Notes: generated by a model from the sequence alone, not told the origin. Shown: positions 28,966-38,132, numbered from the stretch's first letter. The stretch is DNA of 62,776 nucleotides from Candidatus Iainarchaeum sp. (GCA_017609985.1 JAFCCW010000005.1:1-62776), one strand, 5' to 3'. Translations and numbers: made by a program.

Positions 28966-30117
28966 ATGCCAGCAAATGTTTCATTCGAATTTGAAAGAGC
29001 AAAAGATAAATATGAAAAAGCAGTGACTTCTGCTGAAAAGCTCGCTGGACTTCAAGAAATGCAAAGGGAAGCTCCAAAGCACAAAGGTGGAGAAAAACTC
29101 AGAGCAGAGATAAGCGGAAAAATAGCTAAAATAAAAAAAGGAATGGAACGCGACAAAGAACAGCAGAAAAAAACAGCTGCAAGAGACACTATTCACGTCA
29201 AAAAAGACGGACCCCAAATTGCAATAGCAGGAATGCCAAATTCAGGAAAAACAACTTTACTCAAGAATATGACAAATGCTGATGTGACACCGGAAAGATA
29301 CCCATTCTCTACAAAAAAGCCGGAAGTCGGAATGATGAACTACAACGGAGGAAATATTCAGCTTGTTGAAATTCCTGCATTAATTAAAGGTTCTGCAGAC
29401 GGAAAAGCATCAGGCCAGCAGTTTCTTTCAGTTGCAAGAAATGCTGATGCAATTGCGCTTGCATTGAACTCATCAAACGCACTCGCAGAATTCAGGATTC
29501 TTACAGAAGAATTCAAAAAAGCAAACATCCTATTGAACAAAAAAAAGCCAAACATTAGGATTGAACAGAATGCAGAATTCAAAGAGCTCTCTATTACAGG
29601 CGGAGAAAAATTAAAAGAAAACAAGGAAGAACTTAGAAATTTTTTGAAAAGCATGGGAATCCACAGAGCAAGCATTGTCTTCGGTGAAAAAAGCTGTTTA
29701 GAAGATGTTGCACTAGTGCTTGACAATAGAATTGTGTACAAGCCAGCAATCGCAATAGTTAATGAATTTTATGGAAAAGTAAATGAAAAAGAATCAAAAG
29801 AAATTTCAAAAAATATGCAATTGATGATAGTAAACAAGTTTGATGAAAAAGAAAAAAAAATTATTTCAGAAAAGCTTTTTGAAATATTAAAAAAAATTAT
29901 TGTATTTACAAAAAAGCATGGGGAAGAAGCTGATTTAAGCCAGCCACTGATTCTTGATTTAGGTGCAACAGTGTGGGATGTCGCAAAACATCTTCACAAA
30001 GATTTTATAAAAAAATTCAAGTATGCTAAAGTCTGGGGTTCAACAAAATTTGACGGGCAGAGAGTCTCAAAAGACTATAAAGTGCAGAACAATGATGTTG
30101 TTGAAATTTATTCTTGA
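28966..30117 (+). CDS. DRG/OBG-family GTPase with TGS domain
   Basis: PKHKG, GMPNSGKT, YPFST, KYAKVWG...GQRV. Confidence 0.9.
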   Translation: MPANVSFEFERAKDKYEKAVTSAEKLAGLQEMQREAPKHKGGEKLRAEISGKIAKIKKGMERDKEQQKKTAARDTIHVKKDGPQIAIAGMPNSGKTTLLKNMTNADVTPERYPFSTKKPEVGMMNYNGGNIQLVEIPALIKGSADGKASGQQFLSVARNADAIALALNSSNALAEFRILTEEFKKANILLNKKKPNIRIEQNAEFKELSITGGEKLKENKEELRNFLKSMGIHRASIVFGEKSCLEDVALVLDNRIVYKPAIAIVNEFYGKVNEKESKEISKNMQLMIVNKFDEKEKKIISEKLFEILKKIIVFTKKHGEEADLSQPLILDLGATVWDVAKHLHKDFIKKFKYAKVWGSTKFDGQRVSKDYKVQNNDVVEIYS

Positions 30118-30998
30118 GATTCCTGACCTGTGCCTTCATCAGGCAAAGATTTTTCTTCGCTTTTGGATTTTCCCGATTTCCTCATTAACAAAATAGAAAC
30201 TACTACAAGAAACAAGACTGCTCCTGAAATTATGATAAGGCCCTGATTTTCTTCAGCTATCTGAAAAGTAAAATCTTTTTCAATTACGTGCTGGCCTGAA
30301 GCATCAGCAAATTCCAGAACCAAAATTGCGTGTTGTTCTCCGGAAAGAGAATTTGAAAGAAAGTCAAGTTTCATTTTTTCGGTTTCTTCGCCTGAAGACA
30401 GCCCGTGAAAAGAAACAGGCACATTCATTGGTTCAACTAGCGGAGTTTTCTGAACAAAAACAACTGCTAGAGGGATAATTTGTTCACTAAAATTTTTCAA
30501 AGAAAATTTGAATGAATTTTTTTGAGAAAAATAAATTGATTCATTGAGGAGAGACGCGTTTATTTCAAGAGGAGACTCTGCAAAAGAAACTCGTGTGGCT
30601 GAAAGATTATTTAGTTCATCAAAACCGTATTGAACAGCAAGGTTATAGTTTTCAGCACCTGCTTCCACAAGCTTTGTTTTAACAAAAAAAACCTTTTTTT
30701 CCATTGGTTCCAGGATACCAAAATCTTTTACAATAACTTTTGTTTCAGAACCATCATCAATAAAAGAAAGTGATTTATCACATACAATTTTCAGATTAAG
30801 ATTCTGAGTCTGGTCAATAGAATCATTGAAAGCAGTAACTGAAAAGAAAGCAGTTTCATCAAGATAAAGAGGTCTTACTCCACCTTCAAAATCTTTTGGA
30901 GAAATACTTACAAAGATTTCTGCAAAGCAAGGTTGAATAAAAATAAAAAAGATTGCCAGAAAAATACTAAATTTTTGAAAATGCGTCAATTTCAACAT
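30108..30998 (-). CDS. Hypothetical secreted/membrane-anchored protein
   Basis: Signal peptide and C-terminal TM helix; start inferred at MLKL. Confidence 0.6.
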   Translation of the reverse strand: MLKLTHFQKFSIFLAIFFIFIQPCFAEIFVSISPKDFEGGVRPLYLDETAFFSVTAFNDSIDQTQNLNLKIVCDKSLSFIDDGSETKVIVKDFGILEPMEKKVFFVKTKLVEAGAENYNLAVQYGFDELNNLSATRVSFAESPLEINASLLNESIYFSQKNSFKFSLKNFSEQIIPLAVVFVQKTPLVEPMNVPVSFHGLSSGEETEKMKLDFLSNSLSGEQHAILVLEFADASGQHVIEKDFTFQIAEENQGLIIISGAVLFLVVVSILLMRKSGKSKSEEKSLPDEGTGQESQE

Positions 30999-32289
30999 CC
31001 TCGTCCCCCCCTGGATTTGAAAGCGAAAAAATCTTTTCCCTGTTTTTAATACCATAAATTATTATCAGCAAAACAATAAGAATTGCAAGACCAGTTATGA
31101 GCAGTTCTTCGTTCACAATATCTGTGTCGGGCTGAGCATAACCTGCTTGGAAAACAGACAATGAATTTTTTTCAGCTTTTTTTCCATAATCAATTGCGAT
31201 ATCATATTTTGCCTCAGCATAGAACTTGGTTGCTTTTCTCCAATTGTCATCAAGCTCAGCAAAAGCTTCCTGGTCTTCAAAGAAACCAGAGTTTGGGTCT
31301 CCAAGAAGCGCTGAAGCAAGCCCTGCAAGAGATTCATAAGAGTTCTCTGTTTTTTCAGAAATAGATTCTTTTGGAGAATACAAAAAATGAGCTGCCTCGT
31401 TCTTTTTTTCCCTAATTGACAAAACCTGAAGGAAAGTGTCAGAGTCCTTGGATGCCTTTGATTCAATCTGCGCAAGAGAAGAACTTATCTGAAGAGCAGA
31501 CTGATTCCAGGACGAAACATAGCCAAAATTGTCTGAAACAGAAATTGTTTCATTCATCTGAAATTTAGTAGCAGAGTCAAGATCGCTTCTTGCAATACTG
31601 TTTGAAATATCGCTTATTTCATTTGAAAGCTCTGAAAAAACCTGGTTAAGCTCAAACACTAGTTCAAGACCAGAGTCATAAGAATCAATAAGAGCAGAAA
31701 CACTGTTGACGTCTGGTTCAGCAAAAACAGTTGCCTCAGTATTAACTGTTTCAGAAAGGGAAACAGAAAGTTGCTGAGAAAGAGCAGACAAAGAGTCTAG
31801 TTTTGAATCAGCTGAAGGAAACAATTCCTGAATTTCAGGAAAACTGGAAAGATCTCCTCTGACAATTTCAAGCTTTCCTTTTTTTTCCTTAAAATAAAGA
31901 GAAAGATTATTGAAAAAAGAAGAATTTCCCTGAGAAAAAACCCATTTTCCCTGATTTAAAAAAAGGCTTTTAACCTTTTGGAGAAGCTGAAGAGAATAAG
32001 CTGTTTCAACAAGTTTTCTTCTCGTAATTTCTCCATTTGCAAGTTCAAGCTCTTTGTCATCTTCAAGGGGAACAAAAAAAGTAACAGCATCACCTAAAAA
32101 AACAGAAACAACCCAAAAATCCTTTTCATTGTAAGAAATTTTAGTATTTGGATTAAGCTCGTGCTGTTCTCCATCCTCCAAGAAATAATTCTGCCTTCCA
32201 ACAAAGTCCAATGCATCAGTAGAAGTTGCGGCAAAGCAAGAGCTAACAAAAAACAATACAAAGAGCAAAGACAGAGCTTTTTTAATCAT
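30967..32289 (-). CDS. Hypothetical secreted helical protein with C-terminal TM helix
   Basis: Signal peptide, 440 aa, TM helix near the end. Confidence 0.65.
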   Translation of the reverse strand: MIKKALSLLFVLFFVSSCFAATSTDALDFVGRQNYFLEDGEQHELNPNTKISYNEKDFWVVSVFLGDAVTFFVPLEDDKELELANGEITRRKLVETAYSLQLLQKVKSLFLNQGKWVFSQGNSSFFNNLSLYFKEKKGKLEIVRGDLSSFPEIQELFPSADSKLDSLSALSQQLSVSLSETVNTEATVFAEPDVNSVSALIDSYDSGLELVFELNQVFSELSNEISDISNSIARSDLDSATKFQMNETISVSDNFGYVSSWNQSALQISSSLAQIESKASKDSDTFLQVLSIREKKNEAAHFLYSPKESISEKTENSYESLAGLASALLGDPNSGFFEDQEAFAELDDNWRKATKFYAEAKYDIAIDYGKKAEKNSLSVFQAGYAQPDTDIVNEELLITGLAILIVLLIIIYGIKNREKIFSLSNPGGDEDVEIDAFSKI

Positions 32290-32344
32290 TTCAAATCCCT
32301 AACTACATAAGATATTTACATTAATATAAGTATATGCGATTTAA

Positions 32345-33055
32345 ATGAAGACAAGAATACTGCTTGTGGAGCCAGAAGGAGAAGAAAACATTGGAATGAT
32401 AGCACGAGCCATGGCAAACTTTGGAGTAAAAGAGCTCGTACTCGTAAACCCTAACTGCAATCATCAGTCAGGAAAAGCAAAAAGCAGAGCAATGCACGCC
32501 CAAGAAATACTGAAAAAAGCAAAGATTGCAAAAAACATTGAAGAGGGGTTAAATGGAGCAAGCCTGTCGATTGGGACAACAGGGCAGAGACCAAAAGGGG
32601 ATTCTCTTAGAAAAGTTGTTGTGCCAGTGGAAGAGATTATGGGACAAATGTCCCAAACAGGCTCTTGCCTTGCCATAGTGTTTGGAAGAGAAAGCACTGG
32701 TCTCTCAAACAAGGAATTAGAAAAATGCGACGCCATTGCAAGCATTCCCTCGTCTCCAGATTACCCAGTTTTAAATCTTGCAAACTCTGCGTCAATAATA
32801 TTGTACGAACTTTGGAAAGCGAGACAAAAATCAAGCTTTGTTTCTGCAAAAAAACAAGAGAGAGACCGCCTGACCAGCTATTTTGAAAAACTTGCTGGCT
32901 GGTCCGGAGTGCGAAACAAGACCTCAACAGTTAATGCTTTCAAAGCACTTGTTTCACGGTCTCCAATCACAAAAAAAGAAGCTGATGCTGTTTCAGCTGT
33001 TTTTTCAAGAGTAGCAAAAACCAATACAGTTAAAAAAGCTTCAAAGGAAAAATAG
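32345..33055 (+). CDS. trmJ: TrmJ/LasT SPOUT RNA methyltransferase
   Basis: VEPE..ENIGMIARAMANFG, RAMHA, FGRESTGL, YPVLNLA. Confidence 0.88.
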   Translation: MKTRILLVEPEGEENIGMIARAMANFGVKELVLVNPNCNHQSGKAKSRAMHAQEILKKAKIAKNIEEGLNGASLSIGTTGQRPKGDSLRKVVVPVEEIMGQMSQTGSCLAIVFGRESTGLSNKELEKCDAIASIPSSPDYPVLNLANSASIILYELWKARQKSSFVSAKKQERDRLTSYFEKLAGWSGVRNKTSTVNAFKALVSRSPITKKEADAVSAVFSRVAKTNTVKKASKEK

Positions 33056-33060
33056 ATAAG

Positions 33061-33170
33061 AGCTGATTGAAGGCAGCAAGTCCGAGCGAAGCAAGGTCTT
33101 GCGGCTGAGCAAAGCAAAGTCTCAGAGAGACTGAGCAAAGCAATGCCGCAGTAGTGCTGCCTGATACAGC
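33061..33170 (+). ncRNA. Structured ~110-nt element/leader upstream of tRNA-Trp
   Basis: Nested stems GCTG/CAGC, AGGCAGCA/TGCTGCCT, TGCGGC/GCCGCA, AGTCTC/GAGACT and three GAGCRAAGCAA repeats. Confidence 0.5.
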
Positions 33171-33174
33171 AGGC

Positions 33175-33352
33175 GGGGTCGTAGGGTAATCTGGCATCCC
33201 AACAGGCTCCAGTTGTTATTGAATTGGAGCGCCGAGTCCCTTTGTTGGGGGCAATGATGAAAAACAGGTTGAATGAGTTCTTTCCTCTCACGAGGTTAGG
33301 GCAATGAAACAGGAGCAACCTGTTAATGCGGGTTCAAATCCCGTCGACCCCA
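33175..33352 (+). tRNA. tRNA-Trp(CCA) with 105-nt intron (33213-33317)
   Basis: GGGGTCG acceptor stem, ACAGG-CTCCAG/A-CCTGT, GGTTCAAATCC; canonical 37/38 BHB (CTCC/GGAG central helix). Confidence 0.93.
33213..33317 (+). ncRNA. Intron-encoded box C/D guide RNA of pre-tRNA-Trp
   Basis: Guide TGGAGC-G-CCGA is complementary to the anticodon loop; ATGATGA then AACAGGT is complementary to the 3' exon ACCTGTT. Confidence 0.8.
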
Positions 33353-33430
33353 ATTCTACTTTTTTCAGACGGCTTAACAAAACAATTTCCCTTGTGAAAA
33401 GAGAGCCGGAGCGCCCGTACGGAATCGGGC

Positions 33431-33453
33431 GTTCAAATCCCGTCGACCCCAAT
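33431..33453 (+). repeat. 23-bp direct repeat of the tRNA-Trp 3' end (att-like)
   Basis: GTTCAAATCCCGTCGACCCCAAT equals 33332-33354. Confidence 0.9.
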
Positions 33454-33522
33454 CTTTTTATTTTTTTAACAAACTAGCACACCCAATTATTTTTATACAT
33501 CTTACCACTATTATTCTGCACA

Positions 33523-34074
33523 ATGTCTGATATTGCCAAAGCACTTGATGAAATAAAACAAGGTTTTGTTTCCAGAAACTCGATGAGGCTAAGGGAACTC
33601 GGAGGAGAATTTATTTCAACAGCAGTTACAGAAAATGATTCTGTTTTTGCAGAGCTTTCAGTGATGTCTTATTCTCTTCACAAGATGCTAAGCAAACAAC
33701 ACATTGTGAAGAGCCACAACTGGCCAAGCATTAGCAAGTCTGTTCTTGAATCAATTGAAGAGTCAATAAAGCTTGCTAAAACAGGAAATGATAAAAGCAT
33801 TGTTGCGGGTGTAAAAAAAATTGTAATGCGTTTAGAAAAAGTTGACAGAAAACTCGGAAACTATGTTCAAAGCATTTATGGAAAGTCAAGAGTAAAACAG
33901 GCAAGCAGTGCCTATGCTCTTGGACTCTCCCTCAAACAAGCTGCTAATTTAACCGGTGCTCAAATCAAGAATGTTCAAATGTATATTGGAAGCACAAAAA
34001 TCCATGATGAAGAAAATCCAGGAGACTCAATCAGCCAAAGGCTTGAAAAACTAAAACAGGAACTTGGTGATTAA
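33523..34074 (+). CDS. Hypothetical protein with C-terminal UPF0175-like HTH
   Basis: AYALGLSLKQAANLTG; coupled to the PIN gene. Confidence 0.55.
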   Translation: MSDIAKALDEIKQGFVSRNSMRLRELGGEFISTAVTENDSVFAELSVMSYSLHKMLSKQHIVKSHNWPSISKSVLESIEESIKLAKTGNDKSIVAGVKKIVMRLEKVDRKLGNYVQSIYGKSRVKQASSAYALGLSLKQAANLTGAQIKNVQMYIGSTKIHDEENPGDSISQRLEKLKQELGD

Positions 34075-34746
34075 ATGAAAATAATCTTTGACAGTTCCAC
34101 TCTAATTTCTCTTTCGTCAAGCTGCCTCATAAATGTCTTAAAGGAAATTAAAGAAAACACTGGTGTTGAATTAATCATACCAAAAAGTGTTGAATTTGAA
34201 TGTGTTACTCACCCTCTTGGAATAAACAGATTTGAATTGAATGCTGTTAGAATAAGAAAAGCAGTCCAGGACGGAGCAATTCAGATTGCAGAAAAGACTA
34301 ATCAACGAGACACGGAAACAGGAAGGCTTTCCCGCCTAGCAAACAGCATATTTTATGCAAACGGAAGAAAGATTGAAATACTGCAAAGAGGAGAACTTGA
34401 AATGCTCGCAATCGCAAAAGAAATCGGTGCAAAAATTCTAGCAGTGGATGAACGAACCGCAAGAATGATTATTGAAAATCCATCAGCACTTCAAGCACTC
34501 ATAAGCAGAAGAAGACACAAAAAAGTCAACGTAAACAAAAATGCATTAAATGAATTCAGAGACTTGTTTCCAGGACTTTCTTTTGTAAGGTCTTCCGAAC
34601 TAATAGCTTATGCCTTTGAAAAAGGAATTCTTGAAAAAGAGCTTGGCAAAGGAAAAGAATCTGTTGAAGCAGCATTGTATGCAGTGAAGTTCAGCGGCTG
34701 TGGTATTTCTCTGGAAGAGATAAGGAACTATCTGAGGGAAATCTAA
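34075..34746 (+). CDS. PIN-domain protein (DUF3368/COG2405-like)
   Basis: IIFDSSTLISL, IPKSVEFE, GELEMLAIA, VDERTAR. Confidence 0.7.
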   Translation: MKIIFDSSTLISLSSSCLINVLKEIKENTGVELIIPKSVEFECVTHPLGINRFELNAVRIRKAVQDGAIQIAEKTNQRDTETGRLSRLANSIFYANGRKIEILQRGELEMLAIAKEIGAKILAVDERTARMIIENPSALQALISRRRHKKVNVNKNALNEFRDLFPGLSFVRSSELIAYAFEKGILEKELGKGKESVEAALYAVKFSGCGISLEEIRNYLREI

Positions 34747-35282
34747 TGAAAATTCAGAAAGCCTGTTTGGAAGACGAGAAAGAACTTCTAGAAATTGCTT
34801 CCAAGGAATTTCCATACATCTCCGAAGAACAAAAGAGATTTGAACACAAGCTTGAAAACGGGCAATACTTAATATTCAAAGCAGTTGTTTCAAAAAAAAT
34901 AATTGGATTTATTGAAATAGAAATTATTGAAGACAACGAAATTAGTGAAAACAAGACTGCGAGAGTAAACGGGCTTGCAGTAAAAAAAGAATTTGAAGGA
35001 AAAGGAATCGGACAAAAACTTTTAGAAATCGGAATTCAAGAATCAATAAAAATTGAAATAAAAAAAATTACTCTGTTAGTGCTTGAACAAAACAAAAAAG
35101 CACAGCAAATTTATTCAAAAGCAGGTTTTGAATTCCTCGAAACATACCCTAAACAAATTGATGAAAACAAAGTTGAAGAAATGCAGCTTGTTTTGGAACC
35201 TGAAAAATTTGAAGAAGAAAAAGAAGAATCAGTCCAAGAAAAACATGAACTGAAAAGCATTGAAGTGCACGGCGTGTCCTAA
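34746..35282 (+). CDS. GNAT family N-acetyltransferase
   Basis: LAVKKEFEGKGIGQKLL, N.KAQQIYSKAGF. Confidence 0.9.
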   Translation: MKIQKACLEDEKELLEIASKEFPYISEEQKRFEHKLENGQYLIFKAVVSKKIIGFIEIEIIEDNEISENKTARVNGLAVKKEFEGKGIGQKLLEIGIQESIKIEIKKITLLVLEQNKKAQQIYSKAGFEFLETYPKQIDENKVEEMQLVLEPEKFEEEKEESVQEKHELKSIEVHGVS

Positions 35283-36871
35283 TAGGCTTTTGCAAAAAAT
35301 GTTTTGTGTTTTGCTGGTCTGCCGCACTTAATGCATTTCATTTCTGAGTCTTTTTGATTAAATGGAATGCATCTGCTTGTAGCAGTTGTTTCAGTTTTTA
35401 TTTCCTCTTCACAATCTTCCAAATCACAAAAAGGAACAAGAACCATTTTCTTTTCATTAATTGCTTTCTTGAATTCGTCCCAACTACCTGCTTCAACTGT
35501 GTTCTTTTTCAAAAAGTTTTCAGCTTTGTTGAACATGTCTGACTGCATTTTCTTCAACATAGAAGAAATCTCTTTTGAAATATTTTTCTCTTTCACAAAC
35601 TTTTTTTCCCCAGTATCGCGCCTTACAACAACAACCTGGTGTTTCTTTATGTCTCTTGGACCGATTTCTATCCTTATTGGGATTCCCTTCAATTCCCATT
35701 CATTAAATTTCCAGCCAGGAGAATAAGAGTCTCTGTCATCAACAAATGCATTGAATTTTGAAAGACTTTTTGCAACAGCTCTCGCATTTCTAAGAACCTC
35801 TTTCTTAGAGTCCTCAAAAGTAATTGGAACAACAACTGCTTTTCTTCGCGCAATATTTGGAGGCAGAACAAGACCCTTGTCGTCTCCGTGCACCATTACA
35901 ATTGCTCCAAGCAAGCGTGTGGAAAAACCCCAAGAATTCTGCCAAGCAAAATGCTTTTTCTCATCTTTTCCAACAAAGGACACATCAAATGTTTTTGCAA
36001 AGTTCTGACCAAGATTGTGTGAAGTTCCCATCTGCAAAGCCTTTCCGTCAGGCATTAAAGATTCCAGAGTAAAGGTTCTCTTTGCTCCCGCAAATCTTTC
36101 ATAAGCTGTTTTTTCCCCCACAACAACTGGGATAGCAAGCTCTCCCTCTACGAGTTTTCTGTAATCGTCAAGAAATCCGAGAGCTTCTTTCTCACACTCG
36201 CTCTCGGTTTCATAAACACAGTGACCTTCCTGCCACAAAAATTCACGTGTTCTCAAAAAAATCTTTGTCTGTTTTACCTCCCATCTCAAAACAGAACACC
36301 ATTGATTAATTCTCAAAGGAAGTTCTCTCCATGAACGAATCCACTTGCTGTAAGAATCATACATTATTGTCTCGCTTGTCGGTCTAATAGCAACACGCTC
36401 TTCAGATCTATCACCTTCAATCCAAGCAAGCTCTGGAGCAAAACCCTCTGCATGCTCTGCTTCCTTTTTGAAAAAACTTTCAGGAATCAAAAGAGGAAAG
36501 TAAGCATTTTCAACACCCTTCTTTCGGATTGTTGAATTGAATTTGTCCTGAATTTCTTCCCAGATAGAATAAGCATTTGGTCTGACAATCATAAACCCGC
36601 TAATAGGAGCATAGTCTGCAAGCTCTGACTTTAACACAACCTGATTATACCATTCACTAAAATCATTATTCTTTGTAACCGTGATTCCAAGCTCTTGTTC
36701 CTGTTTTTTGTTCTTTGATTTGTTTCCTGATTTGCTATTGTCTCTATTTTTGTTTATGTTTTTGTTTATGTTTTTTTCCCTGTTCCTAGCCTGACTTTTG
36801 TCTTTGTGTCTAGCCTTGTTCTTGAATTTGTTTCCTGTTTTCCTTTTGCGCATGTTTTCATTCCCTGTCAT
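35279..36871 (-). CDS. proS: Proline--tRNA ligase (archaeal/eukaryotic type)
   Basis: FSEWY, IRPTSET, FLRTREFLWQEGH, WELKGIPIRIEIGPRD, C-terminal AKAY. Confidence 0.97.
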   Translation of the reverse strand: MTGNENMRKRKTGNKFKNKARHKDKSQARNREKNINKNINKNRDNSKSGNKSKNKKQEQELGITVTKNNDFSEWYNQVVLKSELADYAPISGFMIVRPNAYSIWEEIQDKFNSTIRKKGVENAYFPLLIPESFFKKEAEHAEGFAPELAWIEGDRSEERVAIRPTSETIMYDSYSKWIRSWRELPLRINQWCSVLRWEVKQTKIFLRTREFLWQEGHCVYETESECEKEALGFLDDYRKLVEGELAIPVVVGEKTAYERFAGAKRTFTLESLMPDGKALQMGTSHNLGQNFAKTFDVSFVGKDEKKHFAWQNSWGFSTRLLGAIVMVHGDDKGLVLPPNIARRKAVVVPITFEDSKKEVLRNARAVAKSLSKFNAFVDDRDSYSPGWKFNEWELKGIPIRIEIGPRDIKKHQVVVVRRDTGEKKFVKEKNISKEISSMLKKMQSDMFNKAENFLKKNTVEAGSWDEFKKAINEKKMVLVPFCDLEDCEEEIKTETTATSRCIPFNQKDSEMKCIKCGRPAKHKTFFAKAY

Positions 36872-36879
36872 TAAATCAC

Positions 36880-37677
36880 CTAAACATAAAATATGGTTCC
36901 TGTTTCTTCTCCACGCATTATTTTTGGAATGTTTCCCTTTTCTCCCTTCGCAATAATTATGGGAACCTGTCCTTTTAAAGCAATTTCCACAGCCGCAAGT
37001 TTTGTTCTAAAACCACCTCGGCCCCCAGAATTGCTTGAGCCAGCTTCAATTCCAAAATCCTTTAGACTCTTTATTTCCCTAACAAGAACTGCATCGGAAT
37101 TCTCGCTTGGATTCTTGTCAAAAACTCCATCAACATCAGTTAAAATTACTAAAAGACCTGCATTGAGATGAGAAGCAACAAGTGCTGACAAAACATCATT
37201 ATCAGAAAAGTGTGTTTCGGAAGCAAGCTCTTCAACTGAAACAGCATCGTTCTCGTTCACGATTGGAACCACATTCATTTCAAGAAGCTTTTCTATTGTT
37301 CTGGAAAGGCAAGAACAAGCAGCATCATTTTTGAAATTGTCCTGTGTTAACAAAACCTGTGCAACAGGCTGATAGTATTTTGAAAAGCAATGAGTAAACT
37401 CCTGCATTAACAGATGCTGTCCAACGGATGCGAGAGCCTGCTGTTCCACAAGAGAAGAATTCTTTTTAGAAAAACCAAGAACCTGTTTTCCAAAACCAAT
37501 TGCTCCACTGCTGACAATAATAAATTTTTTTCCGTTAACAGACTTTTTTGCGATTTCGGAAGCAATGGCTTCAACAAGAACTGCGTTGAAAGAACCATCT
37601 TTCATGATAGTGTTTGTTCCAAGCTTGATTACTGTTAACTGGGATTGTTCAACAATTTTTTGTCTCAGGAAGAACAC
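36880..37677 (-). CDS. proB: Glutamate 5-kinase (no PUA domain)
   Basis: VIKLGT, VSSGAI, ASVGQ, VPIVNENDAV, SDND, GRGGFRTK. Confidence 0.92.
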   Translation of the reverse strand: MFFLRQKIVEQSQLTVIKLGTNTIMKDGSFNAVLVEAIASEIAKKSVNGKKFIIVSSGAIGFGKQVLGFSKKNSSLVEQQALASVGQHLLMQEFTHCFSKYYQPVAQVLLTQDNFKNDAACSCLSRTIEKLLEMNVVPIVNENDAVSVEELASETHFSDNDVLSALVASHLNAGLLVILTDVDGVFDKNPSENSDAVLVREIKSLKDFGIEAGSSNSGGRGGFRTKLAAVEIALKGQVPIIIAKGEKGNIPKIMRGEETGTIFYV

Positions 37678-37684
37678 CCCCTAA

Positions 37685-37759
37685 TGGGAGCGCCGTGATT
37701 CGAACACGGGTTACCAGCTCCCCGAGCTGGAGTGATGGACCAGACTACACTACGCCCCC
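37685..37759 (-). tRNA. tRNA-Pro(GGG)
   Basis: GGGGGCG...CCAGC-TCGGGGA-GCTGG...GTTCGAATC...CGCTCCCA. Confidence 0.88.
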
Positions 37760-37783
37760 GGTCAAAAATAAAAAATGAAAAAA

Positions 37784-37858
37784 TGGGACATCCCGGATTT
37801 GAACCGGGGTCAATGACTCCCAAAGCCACAATGCTAGACCAGGCTACACCAATGTCCC
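37784..37858 (-). tRNA. tRNA-Pro(TGG)
   Basis: GGGACAT...GTGGC-TTTGGGA-GTCAT...GGTTCAAATCC...ATGTCCCA. Confidence 0.92.
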
Positions 37859-38132
37859 GCCTTTTTCGTAAGGTCAATTTCGAGCAAGCTCGAAAGGGCG
37901 CATCCAAGCCCTGCTCGGATAGCGCGGCTCCGAGATACGTTCTCCCCGTTCTGATGGAACGAGGCATAAATACAGAATACGCTCTCAGCGCCTCTAAAAT
38001 TTCGGAAGAAAAAGCATTTAAATGAATAGAATCAGTGCTTGAACAGCACGACTGGAAGTAAATCCCTTCTTTCTGTCATAAAACAATATAAAGTGAGAAA
38101 ACAATAAAAAGCTTGCCTGACTGAGCTTTAAT

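Noticed and set aside
32878-33318. 146-aa minus-strand ORF (also 37665-37967 and 37732-38025)
   Set aside because: These overlap tRNA genes and structured RNA; they are shadow ORFs.
33400-33453. Split-tRNA 3' half
   Set aside because: The T stem is not properly reformed, no complementary partner leader is seen, and an intact tRNA-Trp is adjacent.
37859-38000. T-box riboswitch, SRP RNA, RNase P RNA or 5S rRNA
   Set aside because: I found no T-box GGTGGNACC motif or recognisable conserved motifs of those RNAs, so it is left as an unknown structured leader.
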